From Candidatus Bathyarchaeia archaeon (GTDB lineage: Archaea; Thermoproteota; Bathyarchaeia; Bathyarchaeales; Bathycorpusculaceae), in NCBI GenBank assembly GCA_049515895.1, contig JBEKTQ010000004.1, positions 32,001-96,000 on the forward strand: a stretch of 64,000 bases of DNA, read 5' to 3'. The position numbers were made by a program, and so were the translations under genes. A model generated the notes under the pieces. That model worked only from the letters and a program-made list of their open reading frames with translations, was not told the origin of the DNA and made no database searches. Shown here one piece after another: positions 46,851 through 55,505 of the stretch (position 1 is the first letter of the stretch; the number at the start of each line of letters is the position of its first letter).

Positions 46851-47440
46851 TGAATCGTCTCGACACAGTTTTCAGCGGCGTCGGTGGACAGGGAGTTGTA
46901 GTTTTAAGCGATATTTTCTGTGAAGCCGCAATACTGGAAGGATTTGATGTAGCGAAGGCTGAAATTCATGGGATGGCGCAGCGGGGCGGTTCAATAGTTG
47001 CTTACGCGAGAATAGGCAATAAAGTTGAGTCGCCAATGATTGAAACTGGGAAGGCTGATGTTCTAGTGGGTTTTGAGGTTCTCGAGGCTGCGAGGGCTTC
47101 GCCGATGCTTAAGCGGGGCGGCGATGTAATTGTTAATATGAAGTATATTCAGCCTTGTATCACTGGCTCAGACGTGAAGCCTAAGAAGGCGGATGAGCTG
47201 ATGCAGATTTTGAGGGAGAAAGCGCAGGTGCATGAAGTTGACGGGGCAGGCATCGCTGAGAAGCTTGGGAACTTGTTGGTTGTGAATACAATTCTGCTAG
47301 GGGCGCTCTCAGCACTTCCTGAAGTCCCGGTTAAGGCAGAGTCGTTCAAGCTTGCTATCGCAGGCAGGCTTAGAGAAAAATACATCAACGTGAACTTAAA
47401 GGCGTTTAAAATGGGCAGAGACAGCGTTCAACCTAGCTAA
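46847..47440 (+). CDS. iorB: Indolepyruvate:ferredoxin oxidoreductase beta subunit
   Basis: GVGGQG, EIHGMAQRGGS, NTILLG, NLKAF; overlaps the iorA stop codon. Confidence 0.93.
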   Translation: MMNRLDTVFSGVGGQGVVVLSDIFCEAAILEGFDVAKAEIHGMAQRGGSIVAYARIGNKVESPMIETGKADVLVGFEVLEAARASPMLKRGGDVIVNMKYIQPCITGSDVKPKKADELMQILREKAQVHEVDGAGIAEKLGNLLVVNTILLGALSALPEVPVKAESFKLAIAGRLREKYINVNLKAFKMGRDSVQPS

Positions 47441-47775
47441 TTTGACCTATCAGTTTTCAGTTTTATGACCGGTTTGTACTTTGCTCTTTTCTTTTTAGGT
47501 GTTTTTTTTGGTACCAGGAGACGCATCATACCAATGGCTAAAGCAACATTAGACTTTCAATGTGGCATGGGTTCCTTCACGCCAAGCTCAGTTATTCTGT
47601 ATGATACTAGATTCAAACGTGACTTAGAGTCAGTTGAAGAACTAAATAGAAACTCAATCTTGCAAAAAATCTTGATAGACGCCTTTTGTGGGCTAGCGAG
47701 TAAGCTTTAAATTGCTCGTGTACGCACACACAAAAAAGGAGAGGGCGACCAACGAATAGGCAAGAGGCAGTTTCG

Positions 47776-47976
47776 TTGTTGAAAGAAATAATGACTGAAT
47801 GCGAGTCATTCCTTACTGCTAACGCAGTATCAATAGAGCATAACAAAGCAAACCGTAGTTGGGAACTCCGAGTCAGCTGGACTCCTCACCCTTCAGAGAC
47901 TGAGTGTTTAGAAAAAATCGTTGCCAAGCATAGTTTAGAAATGATTACGACAAACGAACGAACAGTTTTCCGTTGA
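47776..47976 (+). CDS. Small hypothetical protein
   Basis: 66-aa ORF; the frame is open further upstream so the start is uncertain. Confidence 0.4.
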   Translation: MLKEIMTECESFLTANAVSIEHNKANRSWELRVSWTPHPSETECLEKIVAKHSLEMITTNERTVFR

Positions 47977-47987
47977 ACATAACGTGG

Positions 47988-48128
47988 CTATCTTGATTTC
48001 TTAAAATGATTTCCGCATTTTTTACAAGTATAAGCTTGAACCGAGAAAACCGTATTAACAAAAGATTTATCCGGTTTTGAAGTGTCTTCTCCACACGTAG
48101 GACATCTAGCCAACACAGTGCCATCCAT
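47988..48128 (-). CDS. Small Zn-ribbon protein (46 aa)
   Basis: MDGTVLARCPTCGEDTSKPDKSFVNTVFSVQAYTCKKCGNHFKKSR, with two CxxC motifs. Confidence 0.6.
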   Translation of the reverse strand: MDGTVLARCPTCGEDTSKPDKSFVNTVFSVQAYTCKKCGNHFKKSR

Positions 48129-48293
48129 GTTAACGCAACTTACAATGTAAGGAAGTAAATAGGTTATGAAGGTTTGTTGGCACAAAAAGATACAACAAAA
48201 CATTATTCAACAATAATCTTTTCTCCCGAAAGCCAAAAATGGGTTTAAATGGATGAAAACGGCACAGTTAATATATAAACACCTTAGATTTCT

Positions 48294-49346
48294 TCAAGTT
48301 GCATTGTTTCTTGCGAGATCGAGAATTTTGTTGTTTATCATTTCCCAAAGGTCAATTTCTGGGATGGGGCTAAAACCGGGGTGGAATTGTTCCTTGGCGA
48401 TCTCGTAAATTGCTTTGTTAATTGGCATTGGAATACCTACGTTGCGGGCTAATTCAAGCATGTATCCGCTTAATGATTCCAGTTCAGTGTTTGGTTTTCC
48501 GCTAAAGACGTCTTGTGTCATGCTGGTTGGTCCAACCCTGTTTACGATGAAGTCGTGGAGAGGATTTGCTGGTGATTCTGGGATGTTGACTGCTGTCTGG
48601 ATATCGTTCCAAGAGGGCATGCTGCCAAGCTTGTGCTCTTTAATGCCCGCTGCTTGCAGCACTTGGATTCCTTCTCCCAGAAGTCTTGTTGTCATATGAA
48701 CAAGGATCTTTTCAGACTCGACCGATCGTTTTCGGAATCCAACAAGCGCCATTAACGCGTTTATCAGGTTAATTGCTAACTTGCAATGAACTGCATCACG
48801 TAAACGATTGGTAACAAAGCATTCTAATCCGGGACATAAGATGTTTTTAACCTTTTCAAGTTCAGGTTGTAAATCATTGTTTGGGGTTCCAATAATTAGG
48901 TATCCTCGTTTTACATAAGTGGCTTTCCCGAAGCCGTCTCGCCACGCGTTGTAGCAAACGACGCCATAAATTGCTTTAGAAAAATACTTAGGTAGTATCT
49001 GCTGGTTTTCTAGGCCGTTCTGAAAGCTCGCGACGATTGGCTGACAATTTCCAAGTTGATACCGAAGCGTTTGCGATGTTTTGTCAAGGTCATAGTTTTT
49101 CACTGTTATGATCATGATTTCTGGAGGCTGAATCTCGTCTAGCGACTCAATTACTTTTACTGGCATTGAAGCAGTCTCGGCTTCTTCACCTATTTTGTGA
49201 AGCCGTAGGCCGTGTCTTTTAATCGCAGCTACGCTTTCGCCTCGTGCTAGAAGATACAAGCTTTCGTTGTGAGGAAATATCCAGCCTGCTATGCTTAAAC
49301 CGATTGCCCCTGCCCCGACGATTAGAACATTGGGTTTTTCTTTCAA
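48294..49346 (-). CDS. Ketopantoate reductase (PanE/ApbA) family oxidoreductase
   Basis: IVGAGAIG, ITVKNYD, FQNGL, KLAIN..NAL, TSMTQD..TELESLSG. Confidence 0.85.
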   Translation of the reverse strand: MKEKPNVLIVGAGAIGLSIAGWIFPHNESLYLLARGESVAAIKRHGLRLHKIGEEAETASMPVKVIESLDEIQPPEIMIITVKNYDLDKTSQTLRYQLGNCQPIVASFQNGLENQQILPKYFSKAIYGVVCYNAWRDGFGKATYVKRGYLIIGTPNNDLQPELEKVKNILCPGLECFVTNRLRDAVHCKLAINLINALMALVGFRKRSVESEKILVHMTTRLLGEGIQVLQAAGIKEHKLGSMPSWNDIQTAVNIPESPANPLHDFIVNRVGPTSMTQDVFSGKPNTELESLSGYMLELARNVGIPMPINKAIYEIAKEQFHPGFSPIPEIDLWEMINNKILDLARNNAT

Positions 49347-49682
49347 GGGATAACAACACCTTGTTCAGAGCGAGCGAGATAATTATAATTTGCTAAGAGG
49401 AAGTCGATAAGCTAAGGGTCCAGATGGGGCAATGACTCGCTTATGTTTTCCGCTATATCAGCAATCAAGGCTGTTAGGTTGTCTGATACGCCATTCTCAT
49501 GAAAATTGAAGAAGTAGAAAACAATGCCATACCAAACAAGGGCACGCTTGCATAGCGTCGACTGTAAACTAGACTAATTCAGGAACACATTAAAAAAATG
49601 AATCCGAAAAACCAGGTTGATTTCAAACCGTCCCCTAATAAAGAACAGATTCGTTTTTTCTTAAATGTATGTTTTTCCTTCT

Positions 49683-49859
49683 TTATTCTGCGCGTTTGAG
49701 ACTGAGGGGTTTTGATGCTTCTCGCTTTGATGCTTTCTTTACTTCAATTTCATCGTAATCCTGAGCGTACAGGTTTTTTTCAAGAGCCTGAAGGTCAAGA
49801 AAAACGTAGTGAGTATCTCCGTCTTCAGAATCAACCCTGACTACCTGTAAATGTTTCAT
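49683..49859 (-). CDS. Small hypothetical protein (58 aa, below ORF-track cutoff)
   Basis: MKHLQVVRVDSEDGDTHYVFLDLQALEKNLYAQDYDEIEVKKASKREASKPLSLKRAE, read manually; protein-like composition. Confidence 0.45.
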   Translation of the reverse strand: MKHLQVVRVDSEDGDTHYVFLDLQALEKNLYAQDYDEIEVKKASKREASKPLSLKRAE

Positions 49860-50312
49860 TGATTAGTCTTCTCAACTTGATAACTGCGGTAGTGAGAATT
49901 AAGCGTGTTCGATTTTTTCTTGGTCAATTTGATTCAGCAAATAGGAAGAATTACTACAATTTTGTCAAGTTATCTGAGTATTCTCTTTTTTTGGACTTAG
50001 TTTTAAAGCCCTATATTAAATCTATTATATATATGGGTACATACCAACGCCCATCTTCAGGTAAACTTGTCTTCTTTTCCTTGTGCTTGCAGTAATATGA
50101 TTGACTACCAATTCAACATCAGCAACAAGTCAAGACGCGATGCCGCCTCACTTAAAAATAACGCAATCAACACGTTCTCCAGCACCTTATTATAAAGAAG
50201 GCAAATACCCAAAAAAATACCCACGCAGTTTTTTCTTTGAAAGAAAACTATAACCCTCAAGCTTTCGAAATTAGTTTATGAAGTTGATATGAACCAACTG
50301 AAGTTGAAGCCG

Positions 50313-50663
50313 CTAAGGTACTTCGCCTTTAAAATTCCAAGATGCAACATGCTCCAACTCATGCTCTAAGGCGTTAACAAGAGGAACTGTTTGTTTAACA
50401 AAGATAACAAAATGTCCCTTGAATCTAAATGTATAGGCCTCAATGAACTTGTTGTCAACTTTTATTCCATACTCCTTAACCCTAGTATCAATAACTTTAT
50501 TTTGTTTCTGTAACAATCCAAGCGTCGACAAAAACTCGTTCTCTTCCAATGTAAATGCATAAACATCTGGAAAAGGTTTATCCGAAATTTTTCCCCAAAC
50601 GCTTCTAAGAATCTTGTTTGAAACGCTCTTAGCGGACTGAGTTTCGGGGTTTATTTTTCTCAC
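50313..50663 (-). CDS. Small protein with C-terminal HExxH zincin-like motif
   Basis: 116 aa; beta strands (EAYTFRF..VIFVK) followed by ALEHELEHV. Confidence 0.55.
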   Translation of the reverse strand: MRKINPETQSAKSVSNKILRSVWGKISDKPFPDVYAFTLEENEFLSTLGLLQKQNKVIDTRVKEYGIKVDNKFIEAYTFRFKGHFVIFVKQTVPLVNALEHELEHVASWNFKGEVP

Positions 50664-50790
50664 TCACATCAAGTCTTAACTGGGTACAAGAGACCTTTTT
50701 AGTTTTTCTCTTACAGGTTCTGTCAATTGCAGTTATCGCGTTGCTTTATCAGTTCCATAATTCTTATATTGCTCTGCGCGAAATCAGCAA

Positions 50791-51021
50791 TTGGTGTTTC
50801 TTTTGACTTGTTGGAAATGGTTTAATGGAGTTTTGAAAGAAGCAAATGTGGAAATTACCGACGAAAACCATGAAAAAATTGACAAATTCATCCATAAGTT
50901 CATAGGCGATCAATCGAGTTACGGGCGATGTTCAACAGATTGGAAAAAAGCAAGTAAAGAAATCAAAGCAAATCCAGAACTGAAGAAAGAGTTCATACTG
51001 AAACTCAAAACGCTACAGTAG
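50791..51021 (+). CDS. Small hypothetical protein
   Basis: VLKEANVEITDEN..IDKFIH..C..WK pattern; start may be TTG ~50806. Confidence 0.55.
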   Translation: MVFLLTCWKWFNGVLKEANVEITDENHEKIDKFIHKFIGDQSSYGRCSTDWKKASKEIKANPELKKEFILKLKTLQ

Positions 51022-51177
51022 TCTTGGCCTCAATTAATAAGCCCCATTTTTTGTTAACAAACTATTTCCTTGACGGGAATCTCAGGTTTGGTTTTTTGAG
51101 TTTGCTAAATCAATCCTTTTAGTTTTCCTATACGCCTTGGTTGTAAATGCGTTGAATTTGGGTTCTTTTTTCTGTCT

Positions 51178-51681
51178 TTAACTTGTTTTTTCTGTCGGTT
51201 TTTGGAGCAGCTTTCTAATGGCGCTGATTCTTGCTTTTTGAGCTAGTGTATCGCTAGTGACAAGGGTCAATGCTTCTTCAGGGCACCATTTGACGCATTG
51301 GGGTCCGTCGGGTTTGTCTTTGCAGAGGTCGCAGACGTAGACCACTTTGGTTTCGGGATGCAGCATTATGGCGCCGTAGTCGCATGCTTCGATGCACCAT
51401 CCGCAGCCGTTGCATTTGTCCTTGTCAAGGACAATGTTTCCGGTATCCTCTGACTGTGTGAGTGCATTTTTTGGACAAGCCGCTACGCACGCTGGGGCCT
51501 CGCAGAGCCTGCATGTAACTGACATGTTGGCGACTTGGTTAACGCGGACAACGCGTATGCGTGATTTAAGGGGGTTGAATGCTTTTTCTTTGGTGAATGA
51601 GCAGGCGTATTCGCAGATTTGGCAGCCTACACATTTTTCCGGGTCAACTGAAACGAATTTTCTTTCGCGAGTTTTGACCAT
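51178..51681 (-). CDS. 4x[4Fe-4S] electron-transfer subunit (DmsB/CooF-like) of aldehyde oxidoreductase
   Basis: 16 Cys in CxxCxxCxxxC/CP motifs; starts 2 nt after the aor stop. Confidence 0.9.
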   Translation of the reverse strand: MVKTRERKFVSVDPEKCVGCQICEYACSFTKEKAFNPLKSRIRVVRVNQVANMSVTCRLCEAPACVAACPKNALTQSEDTGNIVLDKDKCNGCGWCIEACDYGAIMLHPETKVVYVCDLCKDKPDGPQCVKWCPEEALTLVTSDTLAQKARISAIRKLLQKPTEKTS

Positions 51682-51683
51682 TT

Positions 51684-53540
51684 TTAATCCTCTTTTCCTT
51701 CAACTATGCCTGATAAATCTTCCAGTCCAAGCTTGGTGAGCACATCTTTTGTGGGTACTCCTTCAAGCGTCCAGTTGCGTGACAGGTAATAGTCATCGAG
51801 AAGCAAGTCAAGCTCCTCCTGAGTTACCACGGAGCCTTTTCCTGGGCCATCATCAGTTATTGGTTGGTTCATGACTTTCCACGGCAACGTGTCGTCTTTG
51901 CGACTTAATCCTTCCCGGATGTTAATTAGCCGCGCAAGATTGTTTATCCGTTCGCCTGCAAGGCTTAGCTCCTGCGGAGTCATCTCGTACCCCGTTACCA
52001 GAGTGTAAAGCTTAGCCATGTCAGGCAACTCCTTGTACAGGGTGCCTCTAGCGTTCTTGCAGATAATGAGTGAATCAATTAAAGCGTAAATATCTTCGGA
52101 ATCTTTGACCAGTTTGCCTCGGCCTTTTTCAGCTTTAAAACGGTCAACTTTACCCGATATATCAAACGCATACGCGCCGCTGCGGTTGTGGTCAGCTCCA
52201 CGGAAGGAAACTGCAAACCCTAAAGCAGCGGTTTTCAAGCATCTTAAATCGTAGCCTGTGACTTCCAACCCCTTGATGTTCTGAGCAAGCTTATCAGAGC
52301 CTTTGCCGATTTTCGCTGCTGCTGCTTTCGCCCCATCAGCCAAGACCTCGCCGATTCCCTCTCGTTTGCCTATTTTCTCAATTAGCTGCAAGAGGGCTTC
52401 TGCGTTTCCAAAATGAGCGTCAATTCCATCAAGCTCCTCATGTGATAAGATGCCTTTTTCATGACAATCCATTACGAAACTGACCGTCACACCCGTGCTT
52501 GTCGCATCTAAACCATAATAATTGCAGAGGTCACTGGCTTTGATTATTGCGTCAAGCTTATCGACACCGCAGTTCGGGCCGAGTGCCCAGATGTTATCGT
52601 ATTCCATGCGTGCCATGGTTCCTTTGTATGGCCCATCATGGATAACGGCTTCATGCTCGCACCGCATTGCGCATGAGTTGCAAGCGATTATTTTCGCGAC
52701 GTATCTTTCGTTTAGAGTTTCACCGCTTACTTTTTCAGCGTTATCAAAATATGAGTTATTGTAGTTGCGTGTGGGCAAGCAGTGTAGTGCGTTTAGAATC
52801 ATAACGTTTTCTGCTGACCCCAATGTTCGGTATTTTTGCGCTGCTGGTCCTTTCATTCTTTCATGAAACTCCTTGACCATCTCAATAAATTCTTCAGGCT
52901 TAGCGACAACAATGTCTTTGGTTCCCCGCACAGCGATGGCTTTTAGGTTCTTTGACCCCATGACTGCGCCAAGGCCTGTTCTTCCAGCTGCGCGGGTTTT
53001 CTCGTTTGTTATGTTGGCGATTTTGGACTGTTTTTCGCCTGCCAAACCAATGGAGGCAACGCGCACGTAGTAGTCCCCAAGTTCCTCTTTAACTGCGTCT
53101 TCGGTTTCGGAGGGCGATTTACCCCAAATTTTTTCTGCATCAAGTAACTGGACTGAATCATCATCTATCCAAAGGTAAACGGGTCTTTCGGCTTTCCCAG
53201 TTAGAATTATAGCGTCGTAGCCAGCTCTTTTTATTTCTGCTCCGAAGGTGCCGTGGCTTACTGCCTCACCGACACCGCCCGTTTCAGGTGATTTTGAAAT
53301 GAACGCGTGTCCATTCCCGCCCGTCGGGAACATAGTTCCTGAAACTGGACCCACTGCTAGAACCAGCGGGTTTTCAGGATTGAATGGGTCAACGCCTGCT
53401 TTTGAGTTGGCTAGCCAAAGTTTCATGCCTAAGCCTATGCCGCCAATGTATTTTTTGGCTGTTTCCTCGTCTAGTTTCTCCATAGTTATTTTGCCTATGG
53501 ATAAGTTAACGCGTAGAACCCTTCCTGCGTAACCGAGCAA
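51684..53540 (-). CDS. aor: Tungsten-dependent aldehyde:ferredoxin oxidoreductase family protein
   Basis: GYAGRVLRVNL, KSPETG, AGYDAII, RAAGRTGLGAVMGSKNLKAI, CNSCAMRC, EYD, IIC, GERI..L.R. Confidence 0.95.
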   Translation of the reverse strand: MLGYAGRVLRVNLSIGKITMEKLDEETAKKYIGGIGLGMKLWLANSKAGVDPFNPENPLVLAVGPVSGTMFPTGGNGHAFISKSPETGGVGEAVSHGTFGAEIKRAGYDAIILTGKAERPVYLWIDDDSVQLLDAEKIWGKSPSETEDAVKEELGDYYVRVASIGLAGEKQSKIANITNEKTRAAGRTGLGAVMGSKNLKAIAVRGTKDIVVAKPEEFIEMVKEFHERMKGPAAQKYRTLGSAENVMILNALHCLPTRNYNNSYFDNAEKVSGETLNERYVAKIIACNSCAMRCEHEAVIHDGPYKGTMARMEYDNIWALGPNCGVDKLDAIIKASDLCNYYGLDATSTGVTVSFVMDCHEKGILSHEELDGIDAHFGNAEALLQLIEKIGKREGIGEVLADGAKAAAAKIGKGSDKLAQNIKGLEVTGYDLRCLKTAALGFAVSFRGADHNRSGAYAFDISGKVDRFKAEKGRGKLVKDSEDIYALIDSLIICKNARGTLYKELPDMAKLYTLVTGYEMTPQELSLAGERINNLARLINIREGLSRKDDTLPWKVMNQPITDDGPGKGSVVTQEELDLLLDDYYLSRNWTLEGVPTKDVLTKLGLEDLSGIVEGKED

Positions 53541-53645
53541 CCTATGTTCCTCCGTTAAATTTAGAATTATTAGTCAGTTGAACAGTATATTAAGTTAATG
53601 GGTTTTATTTTTGAAATTCATGGCTGAGAGGGGTTTCAATTTTAG

Positions 53646-53669
53646 CGTTATGAACACTCTGTCATAACG
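53646..53669. promoter_or_regulatory. Palindromic operator, putative ModE box between divergent aor and moaD
   Basis: CGTTATGAACACTCTGTCATAACG, with the same 7-bp arms and 10-bp spacer as the tupA site. Confidence 0.75.
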
Positions 53670-53770
53670 CTTTTCTGTGTTATCCGCAAGTCAAAAGGCG
53701 TTTTGGTACGGATAAAAGATATGAGTCGCCTCATTCAATCCAATACATGGTTGTAGCAGAGGGTCAAAAA

Positions 53771-54058
53771 ATGAAAGTTAAAGTTCACTACTTAAGCCTG
53801 GTCAAGAGCTTCACTAAGACAGGCCAAGATGAATTCGATCTAAACCAAGATGTGGCGCTGTCGGATTTGCTATGCGACGTCGCTGAAAAATATGGGAAAC
53901 CCTTCACGCAAGAGGTTTACGACCCAACTAAAAAAGAGATGAAGTCAACATTCGTGACCATGGTTAACGGTGTCTTAATGGATCAACTGCAAGGTATCAA
54001 CACGCCACTTAAAGACGGTGACAACATAATTATAATGTCTCTTATGACAGGCGGCTAA
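53771..54058 (+). CDS. MoaD/ThiS/SAMP-family sulfur carrier
   Basis: Beta-grasp pattern MKVKVHY..MVNG..LKDGD..; C-terminal GG. Confidence 0.88.
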   Translation: MKVKVHYLSLVKSFTKTGQDEFDLNQDVALSDLLCDVAEKYGKPFTQEVYDPTKKEMKSTFVTMVNGVLMDQLQGINTPLKDGDNIIIMSLMTGG

Positions 54059-54087
54059 AAGCTAAATCTACTTCTCTCCGGACAAAC

Positions 54088-54726
54088 GTGAACGGCATGG
54101 TTAAAGTCGAAAAATCCAAATCTGTCTATTGGCTGGATAACAAACTTTACTTGAACATTACCAACCGCTGCTCTAACCGCTGCTTTTTCTGTCTCAAAAA
54201 TTTCAAGCAAGGTGTAGGCGGCTTCAGCCTAAAACTCGTTGCGGAACCGAGTTTCGAACAGATTATAGACGAACTTAAAGGGGTGCTGGGCACGCGAAAT
54301 TGGGCTGAAGCGGTTTTCTGCGGCTTCGGGGAGCCGACAGAGCGGCTTGATGTTTTGTTGATGGTTGCGCGTTGGATTAGGCAGCATTATGGCAAGCCGC
54401 TTAAGATACGACTAAACACGAATGGACATGGCTCAGTGATTAACAGAGGCAGGGATGTGTCTGCTGAGTTGAGGGCAGCAGGGGTTGACAAGGTGAGCGT
54501 TAGCTTGAACGCTGGGGATAAGGAAACGTATGAGCAGGTTTGTAAGCCAACCTTCGAGGGAGCTTACGAGGCAATTATAGAGTTTATACGGAAAGCTAAG
54601 CCCTTTTTACAGATAGAGGCTACTGCGGTCAGACTGCCTGAGGTTGACTTAGCTAAGGCAAAGGCGGTTGCGGACGAGTTGGGCGTCGGCTTTAGAGTTC
54701 GAGAGTATATTCCTTGCTTTTACTAG
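54088..54726 (+). CDS. Radical SAM protein (TatD-associated family)
   Basis: LYLNITNRCSNRCFFC, VFCGFGEPT, RLNTNG, SVSLNA. Confidence 0.85.
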   Translation: MNGMVKVEKSKSVYWLDNKLYLNITNRCSNRCFFCLKNFKQGVGGFSLKLVAEPSFEQIIDELKGVLGTRNWAEAVFCGFGEPTERLDVLLMVARWIRQHYGKPLKIRLNTNGHGSVINRGRDVSAELRAAGVDKVSVSLNAGDKETYEQVCKPTFEGAYEAIIEFIRKAKPFLQIEATAVRLPEVDLAKAKAVADELGVGFRVREYIPCFY

Positions 54727-54786
54727 TTTTCGAAAGGGTTTTGGGAGTTAGATAGCCGGATTAAGACCTACATTTTTCAGAGCACT

Positions 54787-55272
54787 TTAAAAAGCTTTTA
54801 ATGGTCCTTCAGAAGTCTTGAATTCAATCAAAATGATCCAAAAACCGCTTTGCCATGCTGTGAGCTTTCGCCAAAGAATCAAAGTTTCATACCAAAACAC
54901 AGCAACCATAGCAACGCAAACAACTATCAGCCAAAACGTAAAATCCGAACCGTAAAGTGCTTCTAAAGAAAAAAAGGCAACTACAATAGTGAAGAGCAAC
55001 GAGAAGAAGAACAGTTGGGGCACCACCGCTGGACCGACTTTGGAGTAACCCTCAAGAACTTTGGCTGATGCATCCTTGATAGCGAAGTACTTTCCCTGTT
55101 CGTCTTGCTTAACGTAGTTGGCTTCTACAAGTTTCCCCAAATGATAGGAGGCTAATGAGGCTGAAGACAACTCGAGACCTCGTTGAACCTCCCTAAGCTC
55201 AGATGGACCGTGTTTAAGAAGGTGCAAGTATGCCTTTAGCGTATTGCCTCTAATTTCTTGATTATTTGGCAT
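54787..55272 (-). CDS. wHTH regulator with C-terminal transmembrane helices
   Basis: REVQRGLELSSASLASYHLGKL wHTH followed by two hydrophobic helices. Confidence 0.75.
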   Translation of the reverse strand: MPNNQEIRGNTLKAYLHLLKHGPSELREVQRGLELSSASLASYHLGKLVEANYVKQDEQGKYFAIKDASAKVLEGYSKVGPAVVPQLFFFSLLFTIVVAFFSLEALYGSDFTFWLIVVCVAMVAVFWYETLILWRKLTAWQSGFWIILIEFKTSEGPLKAF

Positions 55273-55505
55273 TTGAAGGAAATATCTTAGAAGGCAGCAA
55301 TTTAATGATTGCGTCTGGATTCCTTTAAAGAAGGCTACGATACTGCGAATGGATTAAGCGGACAAGATCTTCCATATCTGAACCTAAATTGCAGAAATCT
55401 GGATCTTGGCATTTGGAACCTTTTGGAAAGAAAACGGGGTTAAGCAAAATATATATGGGTTGGTCATCAACGAGATAACTCAGAGTGCTGAATGAGGAGT
55501 AAACG

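Noticed and set aside
47437-47529. 30-codon Lys-rich minus-strand ORF (MMRLLVPKKTPKKKRAKYKPVIKLKTDRSN)
   Set aside because: Probably a by-product of the T-rich terminator region after iorB; no independent support
55360-55430. Loose TCTGGA/TTGGAA repeats upstream of glpX
   Set aside because: Irregular spacing and low identity; not distinguishable from chance
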